The notes beneath the pieces are model-generated. The model did not search any database, had not been told where the DNA came from, and was given only the letters and a program-made list of their open reading frames with translations. The position numbers were made by a program, and so were the translations under genes. DNA of 63,715 nucleotides, counting the filler, from Sphacelaria rigidula (Eukaryota), in assembly GCA_964200075.2 (NCBI GenBank). It is 11 parts of 11 records of this genome, joined end to end, with 100 filler letters (N's around TTAATTAATTAA, not from the genome) between each part and the next. Parts side by side here need not be neighbours in the genome. Positions count along the whole stretch, not along the records: positions 1 to 5,702 come from CAXNAA020025129.1; positions 5,803 to 11,504 come from CAXNAA020025130.1; positions 11,605 to 17,306 come from CAXNAA020025131.1; 8 more parts are not named here. One strand, written 5' to 3'. This document shows positions 1 to 11,796 of the stretch, in pieces. Positions within the stretch are counted from its first letter, which is position 1. Every line of letters starts with the position of its first letter.

Positions 1-393
1 CTTGTTTTGCGGGAGCGGTCGTTGAATCTTTTACGTAGTCATCCTACGGTTGGGGGGGGGGGTATTTGGTTGCACGAAAAAAAAGGCTCATAAGTGTGCC
101 ACCCATCTTTCCACACTTGCGTTGCGCTTGTAGTTGGTTCCAAACGGTGTCAGGCAGTATGGATGAGTATTACTGATCCACAGCATGCTTGCTCGAACAA
201 CCGTTGCTGCTTTCAACGACGCTCTCACTCGAAATTTCGAGCAACAAATGGCCCAAAATACCGCCCCCTCTATCGTAGGATGACTCCTGATGCATTAGAC
301 AGTAGGGAGAAAACGATGGCTATACTAGGAGGTAGACAGTGGCAACAGATGGCAAAACAGGATGGGGGGAAGATATGCACAAGGTTTTTGTGT

Positions 394-396
<3 letters not shown>

Positions 397-428
<32 letters not shown>
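397..428. repeat. (GATT)n microsatellite
   Basis: About 8 perfect GATT units read directly. Confidence 0.9.
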
Positions 429-430
<2 letters not shown>

Positions 431-439
431 CGCATATAT

Positions 440-578
440 GTATGGAAGAAACGTGATGAGCGCCGGAATGTCGCAGGTGTCTATTCGGAGTACGAACGGT
501 GCTCCGTCTCGAAAGGGATGTGAGGTCAATGGTCGAACGACTATGGCAAGCAAAAAATGAATACCCCCCCCTCCCCCC
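440..578 (-). repeat. Copy of abundant dispersed repeat family (type II head)
   Basis: Reverse complement matches copies at 33172, 35813 and 45412 (ggggg.gtactcatt.ttgcttgcc...gaccattgacc...catccctttcgagacggagcaccg); same orientation as the copy at 43660-43795. Confidence 0.8.
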
Positions 579-2103
579 TATCGAGCTCTTATTAGCGACT
601 AGTTCGGTCTTCTTTACCTTGCTTAGATTTATGTTGTGACCATAGCTGGACTCCTAGGGTTCGGTTAATGTGCGACAATCAACCAAACAACGTCATGGGC
701 ACAGCTCGGTCGTCCCAGCTAGAGAAATATACGAACCCAGTTGAACGAGAAGTGACGGGCTATCGCCGTACCCTTCTTCATATCTTCGTCTTGTGCTGTA
801 TTCACGAGACTGAACCACAGCTTGCGAAGTGCAACTAGATTGCTGCGGAGGTGTCTCGTCGGTCTGACGTAGTGTGAAATCTATGCCATGAAATACAAAT
901 TGATTGTGAGTACAGTACCATGGCGTCGCCAAACTCCATCTCCTCATCGGAGGACCCGAGGAATTACCCTGGTGATTCGTGTCTGCCCGCATCGCTGGAC
1001 AGTATTATCGTCGGACACGCCCACGACTTGCGACCTGCGTTGTCACCGAAATTGCCTGCTTCATGTACCCCGGAAATATTTGTTCGTGGGGTACTTTATT
1101 ACCCTCCCGCTCCCCAAGAACGCCGGTAACTTCCCGTCTAGGCACTGTATTTAATGAAATGCTAAAAGCTGTCCGCCGCGAGAATGGTTAGTGTTGAGTA
1201 TACCCTGGTTGAAGGCCCCCGTTCTTGCCGAGCGCAGAGTACAACATGTGCTCTTGCCCGTCTTACAAGTGACTGTGACTTAGCTCCCGATGATAGCGCT
1301 ACCTGACTACAGATATCTCGCTGACTGAGGATCGACATATATCATGTCGATCAGGAGTCCCTTCTCGCGCTAGGTCAGCATAACGCCGTCTCGGAGCTCT
1401 CCCGCCGGGACGATGGTGTCCGTCCGGTACTCGCGGCAGGCTGTGAACGGGTTCGCGCTTTCCATCGTGTTCCTGGTATCCAGCTGCTTCGATATATTGT
1501 GCGAATGCGTTGACCGCTACGAGGGCTGTTAGTATTCCTACCTCCCCTGTTTCGCATGATGCTGATCTCACGGCACGGTAAGGCTGACTACCGAGACACC
1601 TCCGCTTCATGAAGGGGTACCCTTTCGGCGGAAGGTTCCCGGCGCAGTCGAACACTGGCGCTCTCCGCCTCGCTAGGACCCTAGTCCGAGGCGAAGACCA
1701 GTACCTTGCTTTCGCGTCGTCTGTCGGCTCTATCCTTTCGAACACATTATCAAGATCTGGCGGCTTGCCGTAGTACTAATGGGTGGTCAATTTTCGAGAG
1801 TACGGTCGCTACGCTGGCCTTGTGGAATAATTTAACGGCTATCCCGTGCAGGCTGCTGGAATCCTCCCCTGGTACATCACACATCACCGTCTCCTTTTTC
1901 AGGCAGTCGATGTCAGGGTATCGGCGGCGAGGCGACCGCGCTCCGTTCGAAGGAGTTATCCTTTTGATTTTCTCGGCATCACATGATATGATGTGCGGTT
2001 ATGGGTTGGGGTGGCCTGAAGTGCTTGTGAGGAGGCCTGTCTGGGTCGTACACCGTTGTTCCAAAGTTGACAATTTTTTCCGAGAGCTTTTCGCGGGAGG
2101 GTA

Positions 2104-3230
2104 GTTTAACTGACCACCCATTGATCCAGCCGTGGTCGCATGATAGACGTACCCAAGAAAGCAATGCTGAAACATTCGCTCAAGAAAACGAAGGGACAGG
2201 AAAAAATTCGAACAGAACGACATAATAGACTCAGACAAAAAAAAATGATAGAAGCAAAGCACAGAAAGAAATGGCCGACGAAAAAACCGAAGGAGCAAAA
2301 ACAAAAAGGAATAAAATGATTAAAAGGGAAAAGCCCAAGGGATTCAGGGCAGCAGAGTAGATACGGACACACATCAGTGGGCACCGCAGAGCCACCGACT
2401 AAGGACATAATCAACAACCCATGTGAGGGGACAGGAATTTCCGATCGGCAGCCCTCGACGAAGCAACCTCTCGTTTGTGACAGCGGTCTGATTCTCGTTT
2501 CTCCGCGCGTCGCCACGTGCCCTCAAACTCTTCCGCTCGTTTTTTTTACCACAATGTGCCATTTGCCCATGTTCTTCGCCGCAGGGACTCAATCGTATGC
2601 ATCGTTAAGTTCTACACCGTAGACGCACCACTTCCGTTGGGCTTGTTTGTGCGGGACAGCCCCTAGCGCACGTAAGTTCTCCTTCAGGGTATCCTCCCAT
2701 TGCTTGGGGGGGCGGCCGGCCTCCTTAGGCCCTCGTGTGGAAAGCCGACCGTTCATGACGCGTTTAGGCAGGCGTGTGTCCCTTCTGCTGGAAAAGGGCT
2801 CCCGCGAACCAGAGTTGACGTTCGCGGATAGTCGTCTTGCCACGTTCGCAGTTGGTCATCTCGAGCACCGCTCTGCACGAAAGAGTCTTGTAGCCATGTC
2901 GATATTTCCTGCGGAGTCCAACCACTCGCAGCAAGAGCGTGTGATGGGCAGTCCGCAGACTGTCGAAGTCCTCAGGATGTATTGTCCATGAAGCACATCC
3001 ATACAGCAGAGCTTTTACCACCTCCGCTTTAAGCCATCGAACTTTCGAGGATAGCTCGGCGTTGGGTCGGTCGTAGACTTGGGAGCTATATTTTCGGATA
3101 CGCGCTCACACCGCGCTGATACGGCGGTTGATTCCGATGGACATTTTCGCATCCGCGCTGATAGCTCCACCAAGGTAGATGAACTTCCCCGTCTGCTCAT
3201 GCCGTTGACGGGCAGCTTTGATATCCAAGC
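2104..3230 (-). mobile_element. Degenerate 5'-truncated RTE-type non-LTR retrotransposon (LINE): C-terminal part of ORF2 plus 3' UTR
   Basis: Frameshifted fragments FIYLGGAISADAKMSIGINRRI, ALLYGCASWT...LRTAHHTLLLRVVG, IRERQLWFAG, RLPKRVMNG...GRPPKQWEDTLKENL match the post-RT region of RTE-clade LINEs; 3' end motif catgcgaccacggctgga...tcagtt. Confidence 0.85.
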
Positions 3231-3729
3231 TATGGGGGAAAAAATAACAAGACACAGGATTGCCGGGTAACCTGCACACATATGAGACCTTGGAAATGGT
3301 TTGTCTACCCATTAAACAATTAAATGGTGCATCATGGTTTGATCATCAAGCAGCGCAGCCGCGAACCGAAAAGCCCTCCGCGGAAAGGGATGCGTGGTTC
3401 CACCCTCACCTCTAGACTCTTGAGTTGGCGTCGAGTGGCAACGGCGCTGTCAAAGAAGCCACCAAAACCTAGACAAATGTACAGACTATCACCGTACATA
3501 TACCGGGGACCGCCAATAGACAAAGAAAGTCTCGGACCGACGGACACAACATTCAAGAACCTAAACAACCCAATGGTTTCCCCGCAGAAACACACAAAAT
3601 GTATATGGACATGATATGCCGAAGATGGTCTTCTTTCCCTACTTTTACTACTTCCTTTTCCTCAGCCGTTCTGCTTCTCCTTCCTTTCTCATATTTTCCC
3701 CTCTTTTCTTCGTTTATATTTCACCCTTT

Positions 3730-5350
3730 TCCGTTTCTCTTTCTATTCAACCTCTTATAACACCGCCCGGATATATATATAAAACAGAGAAGCTGACCCT
3801 CCTTTTTCTTGAACCTACCATAACACAGCCCGAACATAGACATGAGATACAGAAGCTAACCTCCCTTTTTCTTCAACCTACCACAACACAGCCCGGACAT
3901 GGACATGAGGTACAGAGGCTGACCCTCCTTTTTCTTCAACCTACCATGACACAACCCGGACATAGACATGGAATAGAGAAGCTGACTCTCCTTTTTATTC
4001 AACCTACCATTACACAGCCCGGACATAGACATGAAATGAAGAAGCTGGCCCTCCTTTTCGTCAACCTACCATAACACAGCCCGTGCATAGACACGAGATA
4101 GAAAAGCTCAACCTCCTTTTTCTTCAACCTACCATGACACAGCCCGCACATAGACACGAGATACAAAAGCTCACCCTCCTTTTTCTTTCACCTTCCATAA
4201 CACAACCCGGGCATGGACATGAAATATAGAAGCTAACCCTCCTTTTTCTTTAACCTGCCATCACACAGCCCGCACATAGACATGAAATACAGAAGCTGAC
4301 CCTCCTTTTTCTTCATTTTACTAGAACACAGCCCGGACATAGACATGAGATAGAGAAGCTGACCTTTCTTTTTCTTGAACCGACGATAACACAGTCCGGA
4401 TATAAACATGAAATACAGAAGCTAGCCTTCCTTTTTCTTTCACCTACCATAACACAGCCCGGACATAGACATGATATAGAGAAGCTGGTCCTTCTTTTTC
4501 TCCAACCTACCATGACACAGCCCGTGCATAGGCATGAGATACAGAAGCTCACCCTCCTCTTTCTTTAACCTACCATGACACAACCCAGACATGGGCATGA
4601 AATAGAGAAGCTAACCCCCTCCTTTTTCTTGAACCTACCATAACACAGCCCGGACATAGACATGAGATACAGAAGCTCACCTCCCTTTTGTTCAACCTAC
4701 CACAACACAGCCCGGACATGGACATGAGATAGAGAAGCTAACCCTCCTTCTTCTTGAACCGACGATGTCACAGTCTGAACATGGACATGAAATAAAAAGC
4801 TAACCTTCCATTTTCTTCAACCTACCATTACACAGCCCGGACATAGACATGAGATAGAAAAGCTCACCCTCCTTTTCATTTAACCTACAATAACACAACC
4901 CGGACATGGACATGATATGGAAAAGCTCACCCTCCTTTTTCTTTAACCTACCTTGACACAGCCCGTGCATAGACATGAGATAGAAGAGCTCACCCTCCTT
5001 TTTCTTCAACCTACCATAACACAGCCCGGACATGGACATGAAATAGAGAAGCTAACCCTCCTTTTTCTTCATTCTACCAGAGCACAGCCCGGACATAGAC
5101 ATGAAATAGAGAAGCTGACCCTCCTTTTTCTTGAACCGACGATAACACCGTCCGGACATAGCCATGAAGTACAGAAGCTAGCCTTCCTTTTTCTTTCACT
5201 TACCATAGCACAGCCCGGACATAGACATGGAATAGAGAAGCTAACCCGCCTTTATTTGACCTATCATAACACAGCCCGGACATACACATGAGATAGAGAA
5301 GCTCACCCTCCCTTTTCTTCAACCTTCAACCTAGCGAAACACAGCCCAAA
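3730..5350 (+). repeat. Tandem array of ~25 copies of a 63-bp unit
   Basis: Consensus gagaagctgaccctcctttttcttcaacctaccataacacagcccggacatagacatgagata; period 63 (agaagct at 3788 and 3851). Confidence 0.95.
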
Positions 5351-5702
5351 TATGAACGTGAAACTGCGAAAAAAAACAGATCTACTGTCCCATATCAAGT
5401 CAGAAATAGTCGAGATCCTCCCCCAATATCATAACAAACATGAGACAATAATAAATCCAAAACCTAGACATGTAAGCAACAGCGTGAAGGTTGACCACCT
5501 TACATACAAATCGAAAATACAGAAGATATCACCAGTACGGATAGGGTAGGGTCATCACCCCCTCCATGTCAAATTCACATGGAGGTTGGGGTCTCGTGGT
5601 GAGATACCCGTAAAACCTTACCGGTTTCCATTGGGCGGTGGAAGTCTGGCCAGCCATTTCCAGAAATTTCCGACATTGCGTGCAAAAAGCGCCTAATGAA
5701 GG

Positions 5703-5802
5703 NNNNNNNNNNNNNNNNNNNNNNNNNNNNNNNNNNNNNNNNNNNNTTAATTAATTAANNNNNNNNNNNNNNNNNNNNNNNNNNNNNNNNNNNNNNNNNN
5801 NN
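5703..5802. other. Artificial contig linker N44-TTAATTAATTAA-N44
   Basis: Identical 100-bp spacer with stops in all six frames. Confidence 0.98.
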
Positions 5803-8800
5803 CTACGATACCTACGATACCAGGGTATTTTGAGATTTCAATACCTACCCTACCTGCCCAATTCGGTATTTTGAAATATCATACCTACGATACCTATGTA
5901 TACCACGGTATGGGGTACCTCAGTGAATACCGGGGGTACGCTCGGAACGGTACCTTACCTACGGTGCCTCTGCTCTACTCTGCAGTTCATATACCACTGC
6001 AGAGTTGTCTGGTTGTGAGTGTACCACACTGCAGTCAAGATAATGGGGTTATTTTTTTAGCAGTTTTCCGAAAAAAACGAGAGTGTTTTCTGTCACAGAA
6101 ATCGATAGCCGAATCTGGAATAGCCTGAGACAACAACCAATTTGAAAATTGGAATAACATTAATCGCTACTTCTGTTGCGAAACAAAACTTTCCTGACTA
6201 ATAAGCAACAGTACCTTTTGAGCATAGTGAATGGTACGTATTTTCGTGCTGACAACCTGTAATAGCCAATCATCAAATGTGAGGATGGAGCTTTTGATTG
6301 AGGATGATGACCTCGAAAATTTAAATGTTCGTATCCAAACCCACTTTTTGAAATATGGTCGCATGCCTTCGCCTCCTCGAGGCTACTGACCGGTATTACT
6401 AGCGGTGCAAGTTTGGATTCCGATACCCCAAATGTTGGGGTCCTAGGTGAGGAAATGATCCCGGGGGAATCGGGTGGTCTGTTTTGATTCACTCTACTCC
6501 TCATATTTTGTAACCTAGGACCCCAACATTTCGGTTATCTGTGTACAATTTTTCATGCCGCTTAGTAGTTGAGAATACCTACGACATGCTGGAGGAATGC
6601 AACAATTTGTCCAACATTTGATGTGGATACGGGCATTTGATTTCTCCGGGTTAGAATTGTCTATGAAAAGCCCCTACTTCAATTTTAATTACTCGGTAAA
6701 AGGAGCGTGGTCTATTCTCTTCGCGATTTCTTTCTCGCTTTAATTGACGGGCGAGACTCCAAAAATTATAGGGGGCAAGTATGTATATATATTTAGATAT
6801 AATCCCCTCAAACCAACCTTCCCCGTGTCGGCGAATGTTCGCCGTACAAAACATAGTATCGTCTACTGCCATATATCCTTGTCTCTGCTGCGCTCAACCC
6901 CCGCGCAACCGAGGTCAGCAATCGTTTGGCCGCGTCCCAGGGCTGGCCCACACTCAATGTCACCACCCCTCCTGCCATAATTTATATGGCTGCTTTCCGG
7001 CGCGATACATGTCGTGGTCGCCGCCCAATCAACATCTATCTGTCCGACTGCTGTCTGTCCACACATCCCTTGGCAGTTCCCCCATTAGCATACCACCCAG
7101 CAATCAGCAGGCAGTGTCATCAGATCTCATCCCATTGTGATCACAGAAGCATTCACCAACCCTCTAGAACGCAACTTCCGGGTTCAGCACCGACAACTTC
7201 GAATTCTTCCTGCACCACGTCTCCACATGGTCTGAATAAGTTGTCATGATCCCGGCGGTAAAACGCAAACAAGACACACAGAACCGACAGCATCACGGCG
7301 TATGGTTTGGCGGCCTTCCACGCCGTCCTTTTTCCCTCCGCCTGGAAATCCAAGCACCAGACAGGAACCCACGCGCTCCCAACTCTCCACCCCCCTCCCC
7401 CGCGAGGCCACGAATCAGGCGACCACCTCTTTCTTAATATAAAACATTGATGCGGTCCACCGCCTAGAGAATCACTAAACACGAGAGAAATTTGTACGGG
7501 ATGTACCCTTGCACCGCCCCCAGCTTCACGGGTTCAAAACCTCAGGTCCGATTTAGCCAACACAGGTGAGAACCTGAGGGGCAGCGTGGAGCGCGTAATA
7601 ACCATCGGAGGGATAAGAGGATGATTGTGCGAGTGTGAGAACTGCTTCGCTGAAGTATCATCTTAGGATTATATCTGAACAGTGTGCGACGGAGTGGTGA
7701 AAACGGGCAGTAAAGGGGGAAGGCGTCAAGATACACGGGGTACAAGCATCAGCGGACACACTTTCGGCAGTCTGGACCCATCCGACACGTGTGGTGCCAG
7801 AAACAGTCTTATTTTCAGTAGTGCGTTCATCCCTCCCCTACAATCGCCGGCCAGGGTCTGGGGTATGATGCCCACCCCGCTCCTCCTTGATGAGTGATAG
7901 CACACTCGTAGGATAGCTGAGCAACGCATGGGATGCGTATGGGTCTCCTCATGACCTTTGAGGCATGGCGCCGCAGATGCACACATTGGTATCGTTTCCC
8001 GTGCGACATTCTTCCTTGCACACATCAAACAGCCATTCCACAGGAGAACGGTAATGGCAAGATGCCAGGCTCCACGGCGTTGGCAAACCGCCGTAGGCGT
8101 TGGAAAATGATCGATCGATCGATTGATTGATTTTAATCGATTGTCGGACTTGAGCTCAACCCCTACGAATCCAGCCGCGGGCACATTATAAATGTGTACT
8201 CAGGACTGAACAAAACAAAACAAAAACACTCACTGAAGGAAAGGAAGAATGAGACAGAGTAAAACAGAACAGCTTTGTAGACGAAGACGTGAAAAAATAA
8301 AATAATGAGCTCAGAACAAGTCAGTAAGCATTTGATCTGTCTTCGTGACATGGCTTCGACTTACGAGGTCTCGCGCGGAACCTGGTATATCCAATCGTGG
8401 AAAACAATGGTCGTGGGAAGAATCAGATCGCAGCTCCTCTACTACAAACGCTCTACTTAGGGCATGGATCCTGTCATCGAAGAAACACAATGAAGCGACG
8501 TGCGACATTGCTCTGCCGTACACCGGCCGGGAAGGAAAACTGCCTGTATATGGCGCCATTGTGCGTTCGGTACGCAGTACGGCAGATCGACACAAATGGG
8601 GGCTATCTCACGTCTGCATAGCCCTTTGCCCCCAGCTGTAGACGGCATCCTCAACTCTCCTTCAGTGCACACCTCACCTCAACGTTACTACCACTCCATC
8701 ACCCCATCACCCCAGCACAAGCCGCTGCAGATATCTCTCCATCAGATCTCCTCCATCGTCTCCGTCCGAATCAGAAGAGGTATCCGACCAGGTGCTCTCA

Positions 8801-8894
8801 TCCGATTCCGACTCTTCATCCCTGTCCATTGCCGCCGCGCAACCATCACCCTCCGACTCACTTTCATCCCCCACCTCTGGCTGTGACGCTTGAG

Positions 8895-10406
8895 TTACTG
8901 GCGCGCGCGGTGCCGCCGTAGCTCCAGCGCATCGTCCCTTGTGTCCTCCACGTGTGTCTTCCCTTGTGTCATATTTTTCAGGGCTGGACTAGACACAACA
9001 TCCTCGCGTACGATCCGCCCGGCTTTTTGTACGGCGTCTTCGCGTTCCCGAGGAGAAAGAGAGGTGGTGTCGGCATCATCGCAAGACGCCGCCGAGGTAG
9101 CCTGTTCCGAAAGCCCCCGCTGCATCAGGGCCAATTTCCGCTCGAGGTCAGAGATCGTTCGTGCTCCGTCACTGGCCAGGAGATGGAGTCTCGCGATCTC
9201 CTCTGTCGGGCACATCCGCGGCATAAGGTATTTGAATTTTTGCCGCCCATCAGACCCCGAGGCGCGATCACCCCGGAGGATCATCAATGTCACGCCAGTG
9301 AGGTTCTCAGCGACGTGGGTCATGATTTGGTGCGATATTTTCCGCAGATATTCACGGCTTATATCAGGGCACATTTGTTTCTCCCGGTTTTGGAGCACCC
9401 GATCCTCCACCTCCACGTCCCGCACGATACATCCTACACGCAGCGCGCCCTGCACGCGCTCCGTGGTGGGACACGCCCCCTCTTGTTCACCCATCGTGGG
9501 GGCTTCACTTCCGGCGTTCCTATCCTCGTCCGCTCCACTTGTCCCTCCCCTCAAGGCTTTAAGGTAGGCGCACCAGCAGTTGTGGCAAAAAATGCTTTTC
9601 TCCTCTAACGCCTTGTTCCAGTAAGAGACGAGATATGTACCACGCCGGCTGCCCCCCCCAACCGTGAAGAAGTGAGTCATTGCAGCGCATGCCCCACCGG
9701 CGACATGCAATTGTAGCCGTACACCGCTTTTCTTCCGCTGTTCATCGCCGCAAACACCACACCTTTTGCGCTCCACGTACTGTTTCGCGCTTTCGAAGGC
9801 GCGGAACCGTTGGTAGAAGCAGTCGGCACTTCCACACAGGCAATCCGAGGTGGGTTCGTGCGCGTCGGTGACCACTGTAGCCGACCAGTCCCCCCCATTT
9901 GTCTTCCACCAGGCCGCCGCAGGATCGATTTTCTCCGGTGCGAGATGCCGAAAGCGAGTGGCGGGGCAGTGGCAAGCAGCACAAAGTCTGTCACCCTGCG
10001 CATGCCTCGTTTTACACCACGTGCAGACCCCGACAGCCCAACCGCCGACCGTCCCACACTCAGCCTTGCCGCAGTACGCTCGTCGGCCCTTCCGATGTAT
10101 CGGAGCAGAAGTTGCCCTTGTACGGCGCACCGGTGAATGCTGCCGCCTTTTCGCGGCCGGCACGCTGGAGTGGTGATCATGTTGCCGACCGGGCACCCTC
10201 CGAGTGGACCGCCGGCCGGGGGCGTCATTGAGGGTGGCCCCCGGCGCCCTTCTCGGGCCTTCCGTCGGCGCCGGCGCGGATACCGTCATAGAAGTGGAGG
10301 AGTACGAGTCGTTGTCTTGGGCCGCGGAGTCCGCATGTACCATACCTGTCAGGGGGCTACGCATCAACCCCCCACCGGCGCCACTCCCGAGGGACCGCTG
10401 ATGCAA
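8895..10406 (-). CDS. Intronless 503-aa Cys-rich ORF of unknown function, probably part of a disrupted larger (possibly transposon-borne) gene
   Basis: Longest ORF in the window; Cys clusters CGKAEC...CTWC...CAACHC, CLCGSADC, CGVC...CHNC; an acidic continuation in another frame at ~8705-8930 suggests a frameshift. Confidence 0.55.
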   Translation of the reverse strand: MHQRSLGSGAGGGLMRSPLTGMVHADSAAQDNDSYSSTSMTVSAPAPTEGPRRAPGATLNDAPGRRSTRRVPGRQHDHHSSVPAAKRRQHSPVRRTRATSAPIHRKGRRAYCGKAECGTVGGWAVGVCTWCKTRHAQGDRLCAACHCPATRFRHLAPEKIDPAAAWWKTNGGDWSATVVTDAHEPTSDCLCGSADCFYQRFRAFESAKQYVERKRCGVCGDEQRKKSGVRLQLHVAGGACAAMTHFFTVGGGSRRGTYLVSYWNKALEEKSIFCHNCWCAYLKALRGGTSGADEDRNAGSEAPTMGEQEGACPTTERVQGALRVGCIVRDVEVEDRVLQNREKQMCPDISREYLRKISHQIMTHVAENLTGVTLMILRGDRASGSDGRQKFKYLMPRMCPTEEIARLHLLASDGARTISDLERKLALMQRGLSEQATSAASCDDADTTSLSPREREDAVQKAGRIVREDVVSSPALKNMTQGKTHVEDTRDDALELRRHRARQ

Positions 10407-11325
10407 GGCACCTTTTGCTTCTGTGCTCCCGGTACTACGGGCTTGGTTCTCTTCTGCCTCAACTGTCGCGCCGTTGACCCTGGACGGTTCCCGCCGGAAT
10501 CCACAGGCGCCGCCCTTCTCTTCTGCGTGCGCGCGGGCGGGATCTCACACATTTCCCGTGCAACGCCGGAGTCGAGCTCTTCATCGTACATTTTCTCCTG
10601 GCTTTCCCCGTCCGCGGCTACCAGAGGAGCGCCAAAAATTGATACTGCGCCGGCGCCCGCGGAGCAGAGAGGAGAGGAGAGGGGGAGGTTGTGAAGGTAT
10701 GTACTTAATCTCAGCGTAGGTGCACATAACTGGCGATCGATTCGTAGACCTTCAACGTATTACTGAGGCAGTATGCTGAAACGACTTCGCAATGCGTGGT
10801 GCAGCAAACGTCCGCATGACTGCTTCTGCGTGACGACCATTTACCTGTGCGAGTGGTGGGTTCTTGTGCAGAGTATTCCGCCGCCGCGAGCCGAATATCT
10901 GCGAGGCTTCCGGCAATCACCTGCATGCGGTCCCAAACATGCAGGGAAAGTAGTCACGATGGTGATGGAAGCCAGGGGCGGGAGGGGGTTTTGACACGCG
11001 TTCGAATTAAATGACAAATTGTACTCGTGCTGTTCGCGCACATATATGGAGGGGGTGCTGCATGGCGTAAGTGTGTCTACTTTGTGGTTGATATCAGCTG
11101 AATGCTTGTCAAATGGTTTTTCTATGCGGGCATTCCGGTAGTGGATTGTTTTTATTTATTTATTTTGGCGCAGGACCTTGGCAGGACTGGTAAACCAGCC
11201 TGCCAGCCTGTATGTAAAATACCCACTTTTCTGGCAAGCACGAATCTTGATTTTTTCAAAATCGGGGGGACAAAAATTCGGGGAACGCATGTTATGGACA
11301 CGGATTTGGACCAAGTCGGGGCGGA

Positions 11326-11421
11326 AAAAATCGGGGGGTCACGATTTCGGAACGCTTTCCCCCTATTTTTCGAAAAAAATCGGGAGAAAACCGTTCCGAG
11401 ATCGTGACTCCCGCGATTTTT
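11326..11421. repeat. ~96-bp imperfect palindrome centred on TTTTTCGAAAAA
   Basis: aaaaatcggggggtcacgatttcggaacgctttccccctattttt pairs with aaaaaaatcgggagaaaaccgttccgagatcgtgactcccgcgattttt. Confidence 0.85.
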
Positions 11422-11504
11422 GTGAGGTGACGTACGTGCATTGACGTACACTCCCAGAGCACGAGGCGTTTGATATTTTTGCAACGGCAGCAGAAGACAG
11501 TCTC

Positions 11505-11604
11505 NNNNNNNNNNNNNNNNNNNNNNNNNNNNNNNNNNNNNNNNNNNNTTAATTAATTAANNNNNNNNNNNNNNNNNNNNNNNNNNNNNNNNNNNNNNNN
11601 NNNN
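11505..11604. other. Artificial contig linker
   Basis: N44-TTAATTAATTAA-N44. Confidence 0.98.
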
Positions 11605-11796
11605 AGTCAGCAATGCGATACGAGCTGGGCCAGCCTAGAAGCGGATTTGAAGTTTGCAGGCCCATGCTTCCGCCAATACCTAGAGGCGGACCCTGAAATT
11701 TGGTATGGACAATGAATAGGGCGTGAAAAAATGTATTACATCGGCACGAGAAGTTTTTATCATTTGTTTCAGGTATCAGTAAAATACTAGAATCTC

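Noticed and set aside
3730..5350. 63-bp array as a CRISPR-like repeat-spacer array
   Set aside because: The units are contiguous with no unique spacers, no cas-like genes are present, and the context is eukaryotic.
5747..5758. TTAATTAATTAA recurring every ~5.8 kb as a regularly spaced biological repeat
   Set aside because: It always sits inside identical N-padding; it is an assembly linker with six-frame stops.
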